This document shows positions 9,785-20,272 of a stretch of 64,000 nt of DNA, piece by piece; position 1 is the stretch's first letter; the number at the start of each line of letters is the position of its first letter. Origin of the DNA: an uncultured Actinomycetota bacterium (GTDB lineage Bacteria > Actinomycetota > Actinomycetes > Propionibacteriales > Nocardioidaceae). The notes under the pieces are model-generated. The model was not told where the DNA came from, ran no database searches, and saw only the letters and a program-made list of their open reading frames with translations. A program made the position numbers and the translations under genes. The stretch is taken from the NCBI GenBank assembly GCA_963800715.1, contig CAWDBZ010000009.1:3911-67910 (forward strand). Reading direction: 5' to 3'.

Positions 9785-12712
9785 TCAGTCGCGGGCGTCG
9801 AGGAGGCCGTGCTCGTAGGCGAAGGACGCGGCCTGGCCGCGGTTGGGGACGCCGAGCTTGGTGAGGATTCGGGAGACGTGGACCGACGCGGTCTTGGGTG
9901 AGATGAACAGGGCGCTGGCCAGCTCGTTGTTGGTGGCGCCGCGGGCGAGGTGACGAAGGACCTCCAGCTCCCTCTCGGTGAGCCTCGCCAGGACGCCGTC
10001 GGTGGCGTCGGGCTGACTCGCCGGCGTGGCCTGGAGCCTGAGGTTGGCTCGCCGGGCCAGGCCGATCGCCGCCTCGCGCAGCGGAGCTGCCTCGAGCCGG
10101 CGCGCGATCTTCAACGACTCATCGAGTGGTTCGAGCGCGCGGTCGCGGTCACCGGCGGTGGCGTGAACCGAGGCGAGCCGCAGGCATGCCCATGCGAGGT
10201 AGTGGGGGTGCCCGATCCGACGCCAGGCGGCCGCCGCCTCCTCCCAGTCGTGGGCGGTGTCGGCCCCTTCCCCGCGGGCGAGGTCGGCGCTGACGTGCAG
10301 GTATCGGGCGTGGTTGTACGGATTCGTCCGGGGGAGCCGGTCTGCCAGGTCGCTCAGGTCGCTCAGGTCGCGCAGGGAGTAGAGCGCGTCGGCGGCGACA
10401 TCCGCGGCGGGGGACCTAATGCGCCGCGCGAGGTCGGCCTCGACCCTGGCGGCGGTGAGCAGGAGCCTCCAAGTGTCGGCGTACGTCTCCAGCCCCGGAT
10501 GCTGGAGCATGGCGAGGGCAGCGGGCCTGACGGAGTTCGGAACGCCCCTCGCCGCCGCGATCGAGTAGTCGAGGTCCCAGCCCATAATCTGATGCTCTTC
10601 CACCAACGGGTTGGCGTCTGGTGGGTAGGCCGATCGTGCGTGTGCAGCCCACCGTTCTGCTGTGTCGAGTTCTCCGCGGCCGCAGGCGAGCTGGCCGGCG
10701 CTGATGGCGAACTCGAAGGCACGCTCGCGGGAGTGATGCTCGACCGTCGCCAGTTCGTCGAGGAGGTTCTGGGCTCGGTCCCACTCCCCGGCGGCCTCCA
10801 GCGCGTCACAGAGGAGGGCCTTCCCCCATGCCGTGAAGTTGGGTGCGTTCTCGAGTTCGGGTAGGCGGGACAGGGCACGGTCGAGCACGGCGATGGCATC
10901 GGCGAACCGGCCGTCTTGGGTCATTACGAAGCCGATGTTCACCGCGGTGCGGTACCGGCCCGCGACACTGTCGGCATCGGCCTGCGATTCTCCGCACAGT
11001 GCCAGCGCCTCGTCGGTGCGGCCGCGGTTGGCCTGCTGCTGGAGCACGTTGAGTGTGGCTTGTCGCAACTGAACGAAGTGCCCGTGCTTCCGAGCCTCCG
11101 CGAGCGCGTGCTCGTGCAACCGGTAGGAAAGGTCAGGGTCGGAGAAGCGCACACTCCAGCCGAGTTCGCCGAGGGTCATGACCATCAGCGAGGTAGCGGG
11201 CAGGGCCAGCAGGTCGTCGACGCGGGCCAACGCTTCGCGGTAGACGTCCGGGTCAGTCATGGTCCCGAGCTCTTGGGCGGTCGCGTCGCGGTTGAGGCGG
11301 AGACTGATCAGGCGGATCGGGTCGTGTTCTGGCCGTGCCAGCTCGGCGTCGTAGAGCTGCAATCGGGGGCGTAGGTCGCCTGCGAAGTACAGAGACCAGA
11401 GCGCGTCTGCGAGGACGTCGTCGCGGGGGCGGCCGGCGCGCGCCGTCGCGTCGGGCACGTGCTCCCACAGGGCGAGCACGCGACTCAGCAGGGATGCCGC
11501 CTGGGCGGGGGCTGCGAGGTCGGTCGCGAGCCGACTAGCCGCGAGGGCGGCGTCGAAGGCCTGGTCGTCGACGCCCGCGGCGGCCCAGTGGTGTGCGGCC
11601 GCGAACACGGTGCGCGGGTCGGCGGCGGAGTGGCCAGGCGAGGGGGTGAGCAGCTCGGCCCAGCATCGGTGGTACGTCCTCCGCTCGCTCGGCGTGAGGC
11701 TGTCCTCGGCGGCCTGGCGGAGGAGCGCATGGTGGAACCGGTACGTCGACTCCGCAGGGTCGAACCGGAGCAGGGCTGCCTCGAGTGCGGCGTCGACGGC
11801 TTCGTCGAAGTCGTCCTGGCCGTAGACCCGGGACAGGTTGCGGTGGGTGAGGTGATCCTCGGACAGCGACGCGACCTGGACGAGCCTGCGGGTAGCCGAG
11901 TCGAGCGCGCGGATCCTGCTCGCCATCGGGCTGGTCACGCGTTCGCCGGACGGGTCGAGGCCGGCCGCGACGAGCTGCTCGGCCAGCAAAGGGTTGCCCT
12001 GGGCCAGGGAGATGACCTGTGCGACTTGGTCTTGAGTGGCGGACCCGGCGGTCAGGTCGGTGACCAGGGTCCGAGTGTGGCCGGCTGCCAGCGGCGTGAG
12101 CGTGACGTGGTCGACGGAGTCGAGTGCGGCCAGCCCGTCGATGAGGTTCGCGACGTCGGTGGTGAGGGCGGGGTCGTGGGTGCGAGCGGTGAGCAGAGTG
12201 AGCAGACGGCAGGGGCGGGCGACTCGGACGAGGTAGGTGAGCAGGTCGCGGCTGGGTGCGTCCACCCAGTGGAGGTCCTCGATGACCAGCCACACGAGCC
12301 GGTCCGCGGCCAGGTTCTCCAGGGCGGTGACGTAGGCCGGGAGCAGCTGGAGACGATCCAGCTGGGCCGGGGTAGTCCCGAGTGCCGGGCAGAGGGCGGC
12401 CAACTGGTCGGCGTAGGGCCCTGCTGCGTTGCGGACCACATCGGCCCCGGCGTCGCGGACCAGGGTGCGCAGGGTGTCGCGGATGGTGCCGTACGGGAGC
12501 TCGCCGCCGGCGAGCTCGAGGCCGTGCCCGAACGAGACGACGTCCTTGCCGTCCGCGAACGCGGTGAGGGCCTCGGTGACCAGCCGCGACTTCCCGATGC
12601 CGGCGTCGCCGTCGATGACCACAGTGGTGCGGGCGCCGTCACGGGCCCGGGCGACCGCTTCGCCCAGACTTGTGAACTCGTTGTCCCGACCGACAAGCCG
12701 GGTGGCTATCAT
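9785..12712 (-). CDS. Large ATP-binding LuxR-family regulator (AAA_16 + TPR-like + HTH)
   Basis: LVGR, Walker A GDAGIGKS, Walker B VIEDLHW, GNPL, FHHALL, C-terminal LTERELEVL...SPKTASVHVSRIL. Confidence 0.9.
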   Translation of the reverse strand: MIATRLVGRDNEFTSLGEAVARARDGARTTVVIDGDAGIGKSRLVTEALTAFADGKDVVSFGHGLELAGGELPYGTIRDTLRTLVRDAGADVVRNAAGPYADQLAALCPALGTTPAQLDRLQLLPAYVTALENLAADRLVWLVIEDLHWVDAPSRDLLTYLVRVARPCRLLTLLTARTHDPALTTDVANLIDGLAALDSVDHVTLTPLAAGHTRTLVTDLTAGSATQDQVAQVISLAQGNPLLAEQLVAAGLDPSGERVTSPMASRIRALDSATRRLVQVASLSEDHLTHRNLSRVYGQDDFDEAVDAALEAALLRFDPAESTYRFHHALLRQAAEDSLTPSERRTYHRCWAELLTPSPGHSAADPRTVFAAAHHWAAAGVDDQAFDAALAASRLATDLAAPAQAASLLSRVLALWEHVPDATARAGRPRDDVLADALWSLYFAGDLRPRLQLYDAELARPEHDPIRLISLRLNRDATAQELGTMTDPDVYREALARVDDLLALPATSLMVMTLGELGWSVRFSDPDLSYRLHEHALAEARKHGHFVQLRQATLNVLQQQANRGRTDEALALCGESQADADSVAGRYRTAVNIGFVMTQDGRFADAIAVLDRALSRLPELENAPNFTAWGKALLCDALEAAGEWDRAQNLLDELATVEHHSRERAFEFAISAGQLACGRGELDTAERWAAHARSAYPPDANPLVEEHQIMGWDLDYSIAAARGVPNSVRPAALAMLQHPGLETYADTWRLLLTAARVEADLARRIRSPAADVAADALYSLRDLSDLSDLADRLPRTNPYNHARYLHVSADLARGEGADTAHDWEEAAAAWRRIGHPHYLAWACLRLASVHATAGDRDRALEPLDESLKIARRLEAAPLREAAIGLARRANLRLQATPASQPDATDGVLARLTERELEVLRHLARGATNNELASALFISPKTASVHVSRILTKLGVPNRGQAASFAYEHGLLDARD

Positions 12713-13287
12713 CACGGTTCCAGCGTGCAGCTCAGGCTGGGGAATGTCAGCCCCTCGCGAGGGGCGGTTGTTTCGCAGGTCATCGAGCTCGCCGGGCGCC
12801 CGGGAAAACCCTGGAGCCATCCGCTTGCGGGTGAGGCGAGGGCTGCTTGGCCTCACTCGCCGCACCAATGCGTGCGCGGCGGACTCCTCACCCCACGGGA
12901 GCACGGCGCGGCTCCCTGGCCACGACGCGGGCCGGTCCGATCCGTGCTCGACGACCGGATCACAACCGTGCCGGATGGATCACTCCGGCTGCTGGTCGTG
13001 GCCGCCCGCACCGAGTCCGACGCGGCGCACACGCCAGATTCCGACCCGGATCCTGAGATGGGCCCCGCCAGGCGACAGATTCGGACGCAGCCGCTTCGCG
13101 GCGAAGTGACGCACTCATCGCGGCAGGTGCGGGCGTCCCGCAACTGGGCTGCCTACCGCCGTGTCGCTGGAACAGTCGACCCGATCTGTCTCGGCTGGAG
13201 CAGACGAGATGCTGTGCTTGCTCTCGCTGTGCACGTCCGTGTCCCACCGGGCAGCAGAGCCTGGTGACGGTCGATCACACGCTGACA

Positions 13288-13990
13288 TCAGTGCTTGGGG
13301 GACGTCCCGACGATATGTAGCTCGCGCCCGTTGCGCGGCATCCAGGCAATCGCCGCATGTCCGCGGTCTCCGAGCGCGACGTCATACGTTTCCGGCGTGT
13401 CGGTCGCCCGCGACAGCTTCACCGGCTTCGTACCCTGCCCGGCAGGCTTGTAGCGTGCCCACAGTTGCGGTGCGGGACCTCTGGCTCGCCACACCACAAG
13501 CGCATCTCCGCGGCGGTTCACCGCGAGCTGAGCGTTGGGCTCGACCGAACGCGGCATCTTGACGCCTGCTGCGAGGACGCACGGTGTGCGCCATTCGCCG
13601 TCGTGACGGCTCCATCTGACCAGGAGGTCAGAACCGTCCCACCACGCCAGCAACGCTCGGCCCTTGGCGTCCACGTCGACGGCGTACTCCGGGAAGTAGA
13701 TGGGGATCCGGCCCGGATGTCGGACCGGGGCCTCCCAGCGTCCCGACGGCGACATTCGTTGCGTGAACAGCGACCGCGCGCCGGCGCGGCCGGCGTGATT
13801 GTCGGGTTGGGTGGAATGGTCGAGGCCATCACTCGCGGTGGCGGGTCGGGTATACGGGATGCGCCGCTATACGTCACCACCGCGGCGCCACCGGCGCCAA
13901 CGGCCAAGCGGTCTCTTTGGTCGCCTCCCGTTCTACCGAGGCGACCGCAGGGAGGAGATCCCCGAGATGTGGTCGCCGTGCTGTGGCCGG
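13288..13990 (-). pseudogene. C-terminal fragment of a beta-repeat (propeller-like) protein, frameshifted
   Basis: Repeated units AVDVDAKGRALLAW / LAVNRRGDALVVW / VALGDRGHAAIAW; another unit LAVGAGGAAVVTY upstream in a different frame. Confidence 0.45.
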
Positions 13991-14172
13991 TGATTGCTAC
14001 GTGAGGGGCGGGTACGCGAGCAAGACCGGTACGCCCAAAGCGCCCCGTCAGCAGGTGCTGCGTGGAATCCGCATCGCGGCATGTGCGGGCGGAACCCCGG
14101 CGTACGGGGCGCCGTGAGGACATGGCATTCTGATTCGCCGACATTGAGCCCAGTGCCACGAGGAGTCGAACT

Positions 14173-14637
14173 GTGACACCCGCCTTCAGCAAGTTTGCTG
14201 CGGCCCTGACGGCCCTGACTCTGACGTTTGCCCTCTCCGGGTGCGGTGACGACGACGATGGGAACGCCGGCGATGGGGGGACTGAGTCCGCGAGCCCTTC
14301 CACTCCATCAGAGGTGATCTCGTCCAGCCCTGCGGTGTCGAGCAGCCCGGCTACCCCGACCAGCAGCCCGGAAGGGACCACGATCGAGGTCACCTTCGAC
14401 GGCGACAAGGTGACTCCCAACGGAGACCGCGTCGAGGTCAAGCGCGGGCAGGACGTCACACTCCTCGTCACGGCCGACAAGCCCGGCGAGATTCACGTCC
14501 ACTCGACGCCTGAGCAGGAGTTGGAGTACGAAGCCGGGTCCAGCACTCTGACCATCACAAACCTGGACCAGCCGGGCATCGTGGAGGTTGAGTCGCACAG
14601 CCTGGAGAAGGTGATTGTTCAACTCGAAGTCCGTTGA
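14173..14637 (+). CDS. Lipoprotein with cupredoxin-like domain
   Basis: Lipobox LSGC, Ser/Pro linker, EIHVH and EVESH motifs; AGGAG RBS. Confidence 0.7.
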   Translation: MTPAFSKFAAALTALTLTFALSGCGDDDDGNAGDGGTESASPSTPSEVISSSPAVSSSPATPTSSPEGTTIEVTFDGDKVTPNGDRVEVKRGQDVTLLVTADKPGEIHVHSTPEQELEYEAGSSTLTITNLDQPGIVEVESHSLEKVIVQLEVR

Positions 14638-14791
14638 CCATCCCCGGCCGGTTTGTTGCACGCACATCGGCAGGTCCGCGCGTCCGACAGGGGGCGGAAG
14701 GACGCAGCTCTGGAGCGCGTTGGGGAGCCATGAGCGGACCGATTGGGCGAACCGAGCCTGAACAAGTCTTGCGGTGTCCCGAACAGGTACT

Positions 14792-15136
14792 TCACCCCTT
14801 CACATAGGCGAGGCTTTCGGCCACCCGTCCGTCGAGGATGCGCATGACATCGACCCCGCGCACGTGACCGTCGGTCCAGGAGTATCGCCACTGCACCAAC
14901 GCCCGATCGCCGGCGATGAACATCTCTTCGATGCGGAAGTTCGTGGACGGGGAATCGTCGAAGAATTGTCTGACGGCGCCGAGCATTGCGTCTCGTCCCA
15001 CGTGGCGGGTGCCGTCTGGCGGGGTCGTGTCTTCAAAGATGCAGTCATCGGTGATGCACCGGGCGACGGCGTCGATGTCACGAGCGTTCAACGCGTCGTG
15101 AAACTTCTGAATCGCTGCCCGGATCTCGTTCTCCAT
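14792..15136 (-). CDS. SnoaL/NTF2-like protein
   Basis: FHDALNARDIDA, GDRALVQW, RGVDVMRILDGRV. Confidence 0.8.
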   Translation of the reverse strand: MENEIRAAIQKFHDALNARDIDAVARCITDDCIFEDTTPPDGTRHVGRDAMLGAVRQFFDDSPSTNFRIEEMFIAGDRALVQWRYSWTDGHVRGVDVMRILDGRVAESLAYVKG

Positions 15137-15301
15137 GGTTCATTCTCTCCCCAACCTGTACCTCGAATGGTCACGAGCACAAACGTCAGGAAGCGTAAGC
15201 AGGTAGCGAGCAAGCGCACAGTGACCTGGCTGCTGTCGCGGCGGAAGGACGCAGACTTGCTCCTGGCGGATCCGCCCTGTCATGCCGAGATGCGTATAGC
15301 C

Positions 15302-15871
15302 CTAACCGATGGCCGGGATGATCGTTCTGCAGAAGTCAGGGATATTGCCGACCTCCTTGATGACGACCTCCTCGACGAACTCGTCGTCGGACGGGTCAGT
15401 CGGGGTACCGCCGTGGTCCCAGACAGACTTGATGTGAAGCAGACCCGCGCCGCGGGCAATCACGTGGCCGTCGTGGATGTACACATCGCGCTCCGCTCGT
15501 AAAGAAATCGAGGTGAGCGTCCGACCGTTGACCGTGACCTTCAGGTCCTGGATCCCGACGTTACTAACCTCGGTCACAGACTCGCCGGTCGCCGCGTTGG
15601 TCGCTGTGCGGGAGTTCTTGAAGAGCCCCGTGTAGAAGGGCAGTTGGTCGGGACCATGTGCGGTGACCCGCTCTCGACCGTCCAGCACGAAGGCATGCTC
15701 CAGAGTGAGGCCGGGAACACCACAGCCGTCCTCCTCGACAAAACTGAACTCTACGTGGACGGTCTCCCAGTTGCCGGCTGTTGCGGAGGCGGCACCGGCG
15801 ACACCGACCGAGGGGATGGCCAACCCTGCAAGCATTGCCGCGATACCCATCATCGAACGAAGTCGGATCAT
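15302..15871 (-). CDS. Secreted hypothetical protein
   Basis: Signal peptide ending AASA, beta-rich mature part with two Cys; purine-rich RBS. Confidence 0.7.
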   Translation of the reverse strand: MIRLRSMMGIAAMLAGLAIPSVGVAGAASATAGNWETVHVEFSFVEEDGCGVPGLTLEHAFVLDGRERVTAHGPDQLPFYTGLFKNSRTATNAATGESVTEVSNVGIQDLKVTVNGRTLTSISLRAERDVYIHDGHVIARGAGLLHIKSVWDHGGTPTDPSDDEFVEEVVIKEVGNIPDFCRTIIPAIG

Positions 15872-15919
15872 GACTTCCCTTTCCTCATGGTGGCGACCAG
15901 CCACCTGCTCAGAGGACCC

Positions 15920-15973
15920 GGTGTATCGCTCGGCGGTACCTCGACAGTGCCGCGTCGGTATCTCCCCGGTACA
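15920..15973 (-). promoter_or_regulatory. SARP-type heptamer direct repeats and -10 of the secreted-protein gene
   Basis: CGGTACC/CAGTGCC/CGGTATC/CGGTACA at 15934, 15945, 15956, 15967 (11-bp period); 8 nt to minus-strand TACACC. Confidence 0.65.
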
Positions 15974-16015
15974 TAGGCCATTGACGGGCCTGTACGGCCG
16001 GCGGACTGTGGAAGG

Positions 16016-19000
16016 ATGGGTATCGCCCTGTTGGGACCGTTGGTCGTCAACGACGGAGCCGTCCGGCTCGGTTCCCGTGATCGGACGGTGCTCTCTGCGC
16101 TGGCGATGCGGCCGGGCGAGGTACTCAGTGCGGAGCGCCTGGCCGATGCGGTGTGGCCTGACGTCCCGCCGGCCTCGTGGCAGAAGAACCTGCAGGGCTG
16201 CGTAGTGCGGTTGCGCAAGGCACTCGGTACAGACTCCATCGTGACGTCGCCGCAGGGGTATCGGCTGGTCGTCCCCGCTGACGAGGTCGACGGACAGGTC
16301 TTCGAGCGGGGGGTTGCTCGAGGCAGTGAGCTGTTGACGCTGGGCAGCTACGAGCGCGCCGCGTTCACGCTCCGTGACGCACTGACCCTGTGGCGAGGGC
16401 CCGCCCTGGTGGACCTGGAGGAGTGGGAGCCCGGCAGCCAGGACGCGGAACGGCTCGAGGGGCTGCGGCGAGAGGCACAGGAGTTATGGCTCGAGGCCGC
16501 GTTGAAGGCTGGTCATCACCGCGAGGTGCTGCCCGAAGCGCAGGCCATGGTCCGCGCGATGCCGCTTCGGGAACGGCGGTGGCTGCTGCTGGCGCTCGCC
16601 CAGTACCAGTCGGGTCGGCAGGGCGAGGCGCTGCGGACGCTGCATCAGCTACGGCAGGTACTGGTCGCCGAGCTTGCGGTGGACCCGGGGCCGGAGATCG
16701 TCGCCCTGGAGCAGGCGATCCTCCGCCAGGAACCGAGCCTTCTCGTCGAACCCGCGCAGGATCATCCCGACGAGGGATGTCCCTACCGCGGCCTGACTCC
16801 GTACGACATGGCCGACGCGGAGGGCTTCTTCGGTCGAGACAAGGATGTTGCCGCCTGTCTAGAGCGTCTGCGCGACACGGGCGTCCTGGCGGTTGTCGGT
16901 CCCTCCGGCAGCGGGAAGTCGTCGCTGGTTCGGGCCGGCGTCGCGGCCGCATTGGCACGCGATGGCCGTTCGGTCGTCCCGGTCATCCCAGGGGCGCATC
17001 CCCTGGACATGCTCTCCGCGCTTCCGAACCCGTCCCATCAGTCGACTCTGGTGGTCGACCAGTGCGAGGAGGTCTTCTCGGTCTGCCCGGACCTGGCCGA
17101 ACAGCGTGCGTTCCTGGACAGGGTGGTGGAGCATGCGCGGACCGCACCCGTGGTGGTCGCGCTGCGGGCTGACCGCATGGGCGACGTGTCGGGACACCCC
17201 GGGTTCGCCAAGCTGGTGGAGCGGGGCCTGTACGTCCTGGCCGCCATGGCCCCTGACGATCTTGCGGCGGCGATCGAAGGCCCAGCACGTCAAGTCGGCC
17301 TGATCGTCGAGCCAGGGCTGGTGGACCTGCTGGTGCGCGAGGTCGAGGGCGAACCGGGTGCCTTGCCGATGCTGTCCCACGCGCTGCGGGAGACGTGGCT
17401 GCGTCGCGAGGGCCGGACCTTGACGGTGTCCGGCTATCAGGCGTCCGGAGGAATCCGGGGCGCGGTCGCTCAGTCGGCGGAAGACGTCTACCGACAGGTG
17501 GGCGAGGGAGAACGCCGGGCGCTGCGCGACATGTTGCTGCGGCTGGTGACCCCGGGGCTGGACGGCGAGCCGGTGCGGAGCCGGGTCCCGAGAAGGCTGG
17601 TGGTCGGCGACCCCGCCCAGGACCACCTCATCGACCTGCTCGTCGCGACCCGGCTGGTCACCAGCGACGACGGTGTGGTCGAGCTCGCCCACGAGGCACT
17701 GGCGCGTGCGTGGCCTCGCCTCGGAGCCTGGTTGCAGGACGACGTCGAGGGGCAACGCATCCTCCATCACCTCACCAACGCGGCGGATGCGTGGAACTCG
17801 CTGGGTCGACCCGACAGTGAGCTCTACCGCGGCACCCGCCTCGCGCAGGCGGTCGAGTGGCGTGCGAAGGGTGGCTCGGTGCTGACGCAGGACGAGGCGG
17901 CGTTCCTGGACCGTGCCGAGACGGTCGCCCTGGGGGAACAGCGCGCGGCACAGGAACGGGCCCGCGCCCAGGCGAGGCTGATAGGGCGGCTCAGGGCGGT
18001 GCTTGCAGGCGCGGTCGTCTTCCTCGTCCTCGCGCTGATCGCCGGTGCCTTCGCCGTCGTGCAGAAGGGGGCGGCCGACGACAACGCCGCCAGCGCCGTC
18101 CGGGAAGCAACGGCCGCCGACGCCCGCCGAGCAGGGGCACGAGCCCTGGTCTCGGACGACGTCGACGAGTCGATGCTGCTGGCGGTCGCAGGAGTCCGGC
18201 TGGACGACTCACCGGAGACTCGTAGCAGCCTGCTCGGCGCGCTCGCGAGACACCCCGGACTGATCGAGTCGACTCAGCTGACCGGCCCGTACGTGACGTC
18301 GTTCGACGTGAGTCCCGACGGCGACACCGTGGCCACGTACGACGCGGCCAACCATGTGGGGCTCTACGAAACGGGTTCCGGACGGTTGCTCGGGGAGTTC
18401 CAGGCCGGGGCGACGGCACCACTCTCGTGGGTCAGCGGGCAAACCAGGTTCAGTCCCGACGGGGAAACGCTCGCGGTCGTGATGGCGGCGCCAGCTCAGC
18501 AGCCGGTCGTGCTCCTCGATGCCGGCACCCTCGAACCCCTACGAGCGCAGCCCGGTGGACCTCGGCGGACGCGCTGGCAGGTCAATGACCTGACCTACAG
18601 CGGCGACGGCCGCCGCCTCGCCGCCGCCATGTGGCGCGTCCGGGGCAGCGGCGCCACCCTCCGGCCGACCTCGCTCTGGGCCGCTGTCTGGGACCTGGAG
18701 GCGCCCGACCGGCCCCCGGCGAGGATCAGGCTGCCCGACTTCCCCTTCCCGAACGTCGCGCTGAGTGTCGACGGAGCGCTCCTCTACACCACCGGACCTT
18801 TCACCATCCATGACCTCGAGTCCGGCACGTCCGTCGCCGTGGACCAAGCCGGGGGGGTCGAGCAGCTGACGATGAGCCCGGACGGTCGGTTGCTCGCTGG
18901 ATCCGACAGCGCAGGGCTGGTGCTGCTTGACGCCGCCACCGGCGAGTTGCGACTGCGACTGGAGGCCGGGATACCTGGGTGGATCGCCAACTTCTCTCCC

Positions 19001-20272
19001 GACGGCAGCAAGGTCGCCACGGTCGGCAATCGGGAAGCCGTCGTCTGGGAGGTCGCCACGGGTGCCCTGGTGGATCGGTTCCCCCTCAGCGAGGGCGGGG
19101 AGGTCGTCGACTTCGGCGCGGACGGCTCGACCCTCTATTCGGCTGGCGCCGATAGTGCGCTGCGGCAGTGGGATCTCGAAGGGCAGCGACGCTTCATCCG
19201 CCAGGTCAGCGTTGCCCCATCGGGGCTCGGTGGCACCGAGGCCGACTTCGTCCAGCCGGCCCCTGGTGGCGACCTGGTCGGTTACTCGACGACGTCAGAG
19301 GAGGGCCCGCAGGTTGTCGACCCCATCGCAAGTCACGTCAGCTTCCTCGACGTCCGCTCCGGAACCGTCGGGGCGAGCCTGGACCGAGGCGCGGGCTACC
19401 GGCGTGTCCAGGGCAAGGGCAGCTGGCACCCCGACGGCGTCCACTTCGCCCTGGCCACGGGCGCAGAGATCCGGATCTGGAACGCCGAGTCCGGCCGGCT
19501 GACCGGGACAGGCCGACCGTCGGGGCCTTACATCAGCGAGATCGACTACAGCACGGACGGCAGCCGCCTGGTGATGGCCGAGCTGTCCGGCCGGGTCACC
19601 ATGCTCGACCCGAACACCATGACCGCCGTGGGTCGCCCAGTGAACCTCGATGAACCTGTCTGCTGCGTCTCGGCCGGACCCGACAACCAGACGGCCGTCG
19701 TACTCACCGGCGTGCTGGACGCAGCAGGGTTCTTGAGCGGGTCGACCACGGGCTGGGCCTTGGTCGACCTCGAAGCAGGCACCGTCGTGGACCAGGGCGA
19801 TGTCGCCATGGACCTGGGGAGTGTTGCCTTCTCGCCGGACGGCCGGCACGCGGCCATCGGCGGAGGGACCTCCGGAGGTGGTGAGGTGCTCGTGCTGGAC
19901 ACCGAGTCCGGTGAGCCGCTTCGGCCTCCGGTCGCGGGCCACGATGCAGTTATCGGCTCGCTCACCTACTCGACCGACGGCGAGCGCATCCTGACCACTA
20001 GCGGGGACGGCTCCGTCGGCCTCTGGGACGGCGACACGGGTCTGCAGCTCGCTCATGTCGTCGCACCGCAGCCGTACATTGCCGCCGATTTCGGCGAGGA
20101 CTCGAACTCGGTGATCATCGCGCCGTCGTGGGGCGGACCCGTCTACGAGTGGGATACCCGCATCGAGTTCGCCATCGAGTTCGCCTGTCGCGTGGCAGGC
20201 CGGGACTTCACCGAGGCCGAGTGGGAGGACCAGTTCCCCGACCGTCCGTACGAGGAGACCTGTCCACCCTGA
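16016..20272 (+). CDS. SARP (wHTH-BTAD) + nSTAND1-type NTPase + TM + WD40 repeat protein
   Basis: LLGPL, LWRGPAL, PLRER, CPYRGL, FFGR, GPSGSGKSS, VDQCEE, HEAL; hydrophobic helix; many FSPDG repeats. Confidence 0.9.
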   Translation: MGIALLGPLVVNDGAVRLGSRDRTVLSALAMRPGEVLSAERLADAVWPDVPPASWQKNLQGCVVRLRKALGTDSIVTSPQGYRLVVPADEVDGQVFERGVARGSELLTLGSYERAAFTLRDALTLWRGPALVDLEEWEPGSQDAERLEGLRREAQELWLEAALKAGHHREVLPEAQAMVRAMPLRERRWLLLALAQYQSGRQGEALRTLHQLRQVLVAELAVDPGPEIVALEQAILRQEPSLLVEPAQDHPDEGCPYRGLTPYDMADAEGFFGRDKDVAACLERLRDTGVLAVVGPSGSGKSSLVRAGVAAALARDGRSVVPVIPGAHPLDMLSALPNPSHQSTLVVDQCEEVFSVCPDLAEQRAFLDRVVEHARTAPVVVALRADRMGDVSGHPGFAKLVERGLYVLAAMAPDDLAAAIEGPARQVGLIVEPGLVDLLVREVEGEPGALPMLSHALRETWLRREGRTLTVSGYQASGGIRGAVAQSAEDVYRQVGEGERRALRDMLLRLVTPGLDGEPVRSRVPRRLVVGDPAQDHLIDLLVATRLVTSDDGVVELAHEALARAWPRLGAWLQDDVEGQRILHHLTNAADAWNSLGRPDSELYRGTRLAQAVEWRAKGGSVLTQDEAAFLDRAETVALGEQRAAQERARAQARLIGRLRAVLAGAVVFLVLALIAGAFAVVQKGAADDNAASAVREATAADARRAGARALVSDDVDESMLLAVAGVRLDDSPETRSSLLGALARHPGLIESTQLTGPYVTSFDVSPDGDTVATYDAANHVGLYETGSGRLLGEFQAGATAPLSWVSGQTRFSPDGETLAVVMAAPAQQPVVLLDAGTLEPLRAQPGGPRRTRWQVNDLTYSGDGRRLAAAMWRVRGSGATLRPTSLWAAVWDLEAPDRPPARIRLPDFPFPNVALSVDGALLYTTGPFTIHDLESGTSVAVDQAGGVEQLTMSPDGRLLAGSDSAGLVLLDAATGELRLRLEAGIPGWIANFSPDGSKVATVGNREAVVWEVATGALVDRFPLSEGGEVVDFGADGSTLYSAGADSALRQWDLEGQRRFIRQVSVAPSGLGGTEADFVQPAPGGDLVGYSTTSEEGPQVVDPIASHVSFLDVRSGTVGASLDRGAGYRRVQGKGSWHPDGVHFALATGAEIRIWNAESGRLTGTGRPSGPYISEIDYSTDGSRLVMAELSGRVTMLDPNTMTAVGRPVNLDEPVCCVSAGPDNQTAVVLTGVLDAAGFLSGSTTGWALVDLEAGTVVDQGDVAMDLGSVAFSPDGRHAAIGGGTSGGGEVLVLDTESGEPLRPPVAGHDAVIGSLTYSTDGERILTTSGDGSVGLWDGDTGLQLAHVVAPQPYIAADFGEDSNSVIIAPSWGGPVYEWDTRIEFAIEFACRVAGRDFTEAEWEDQFPDRPYEETCPP

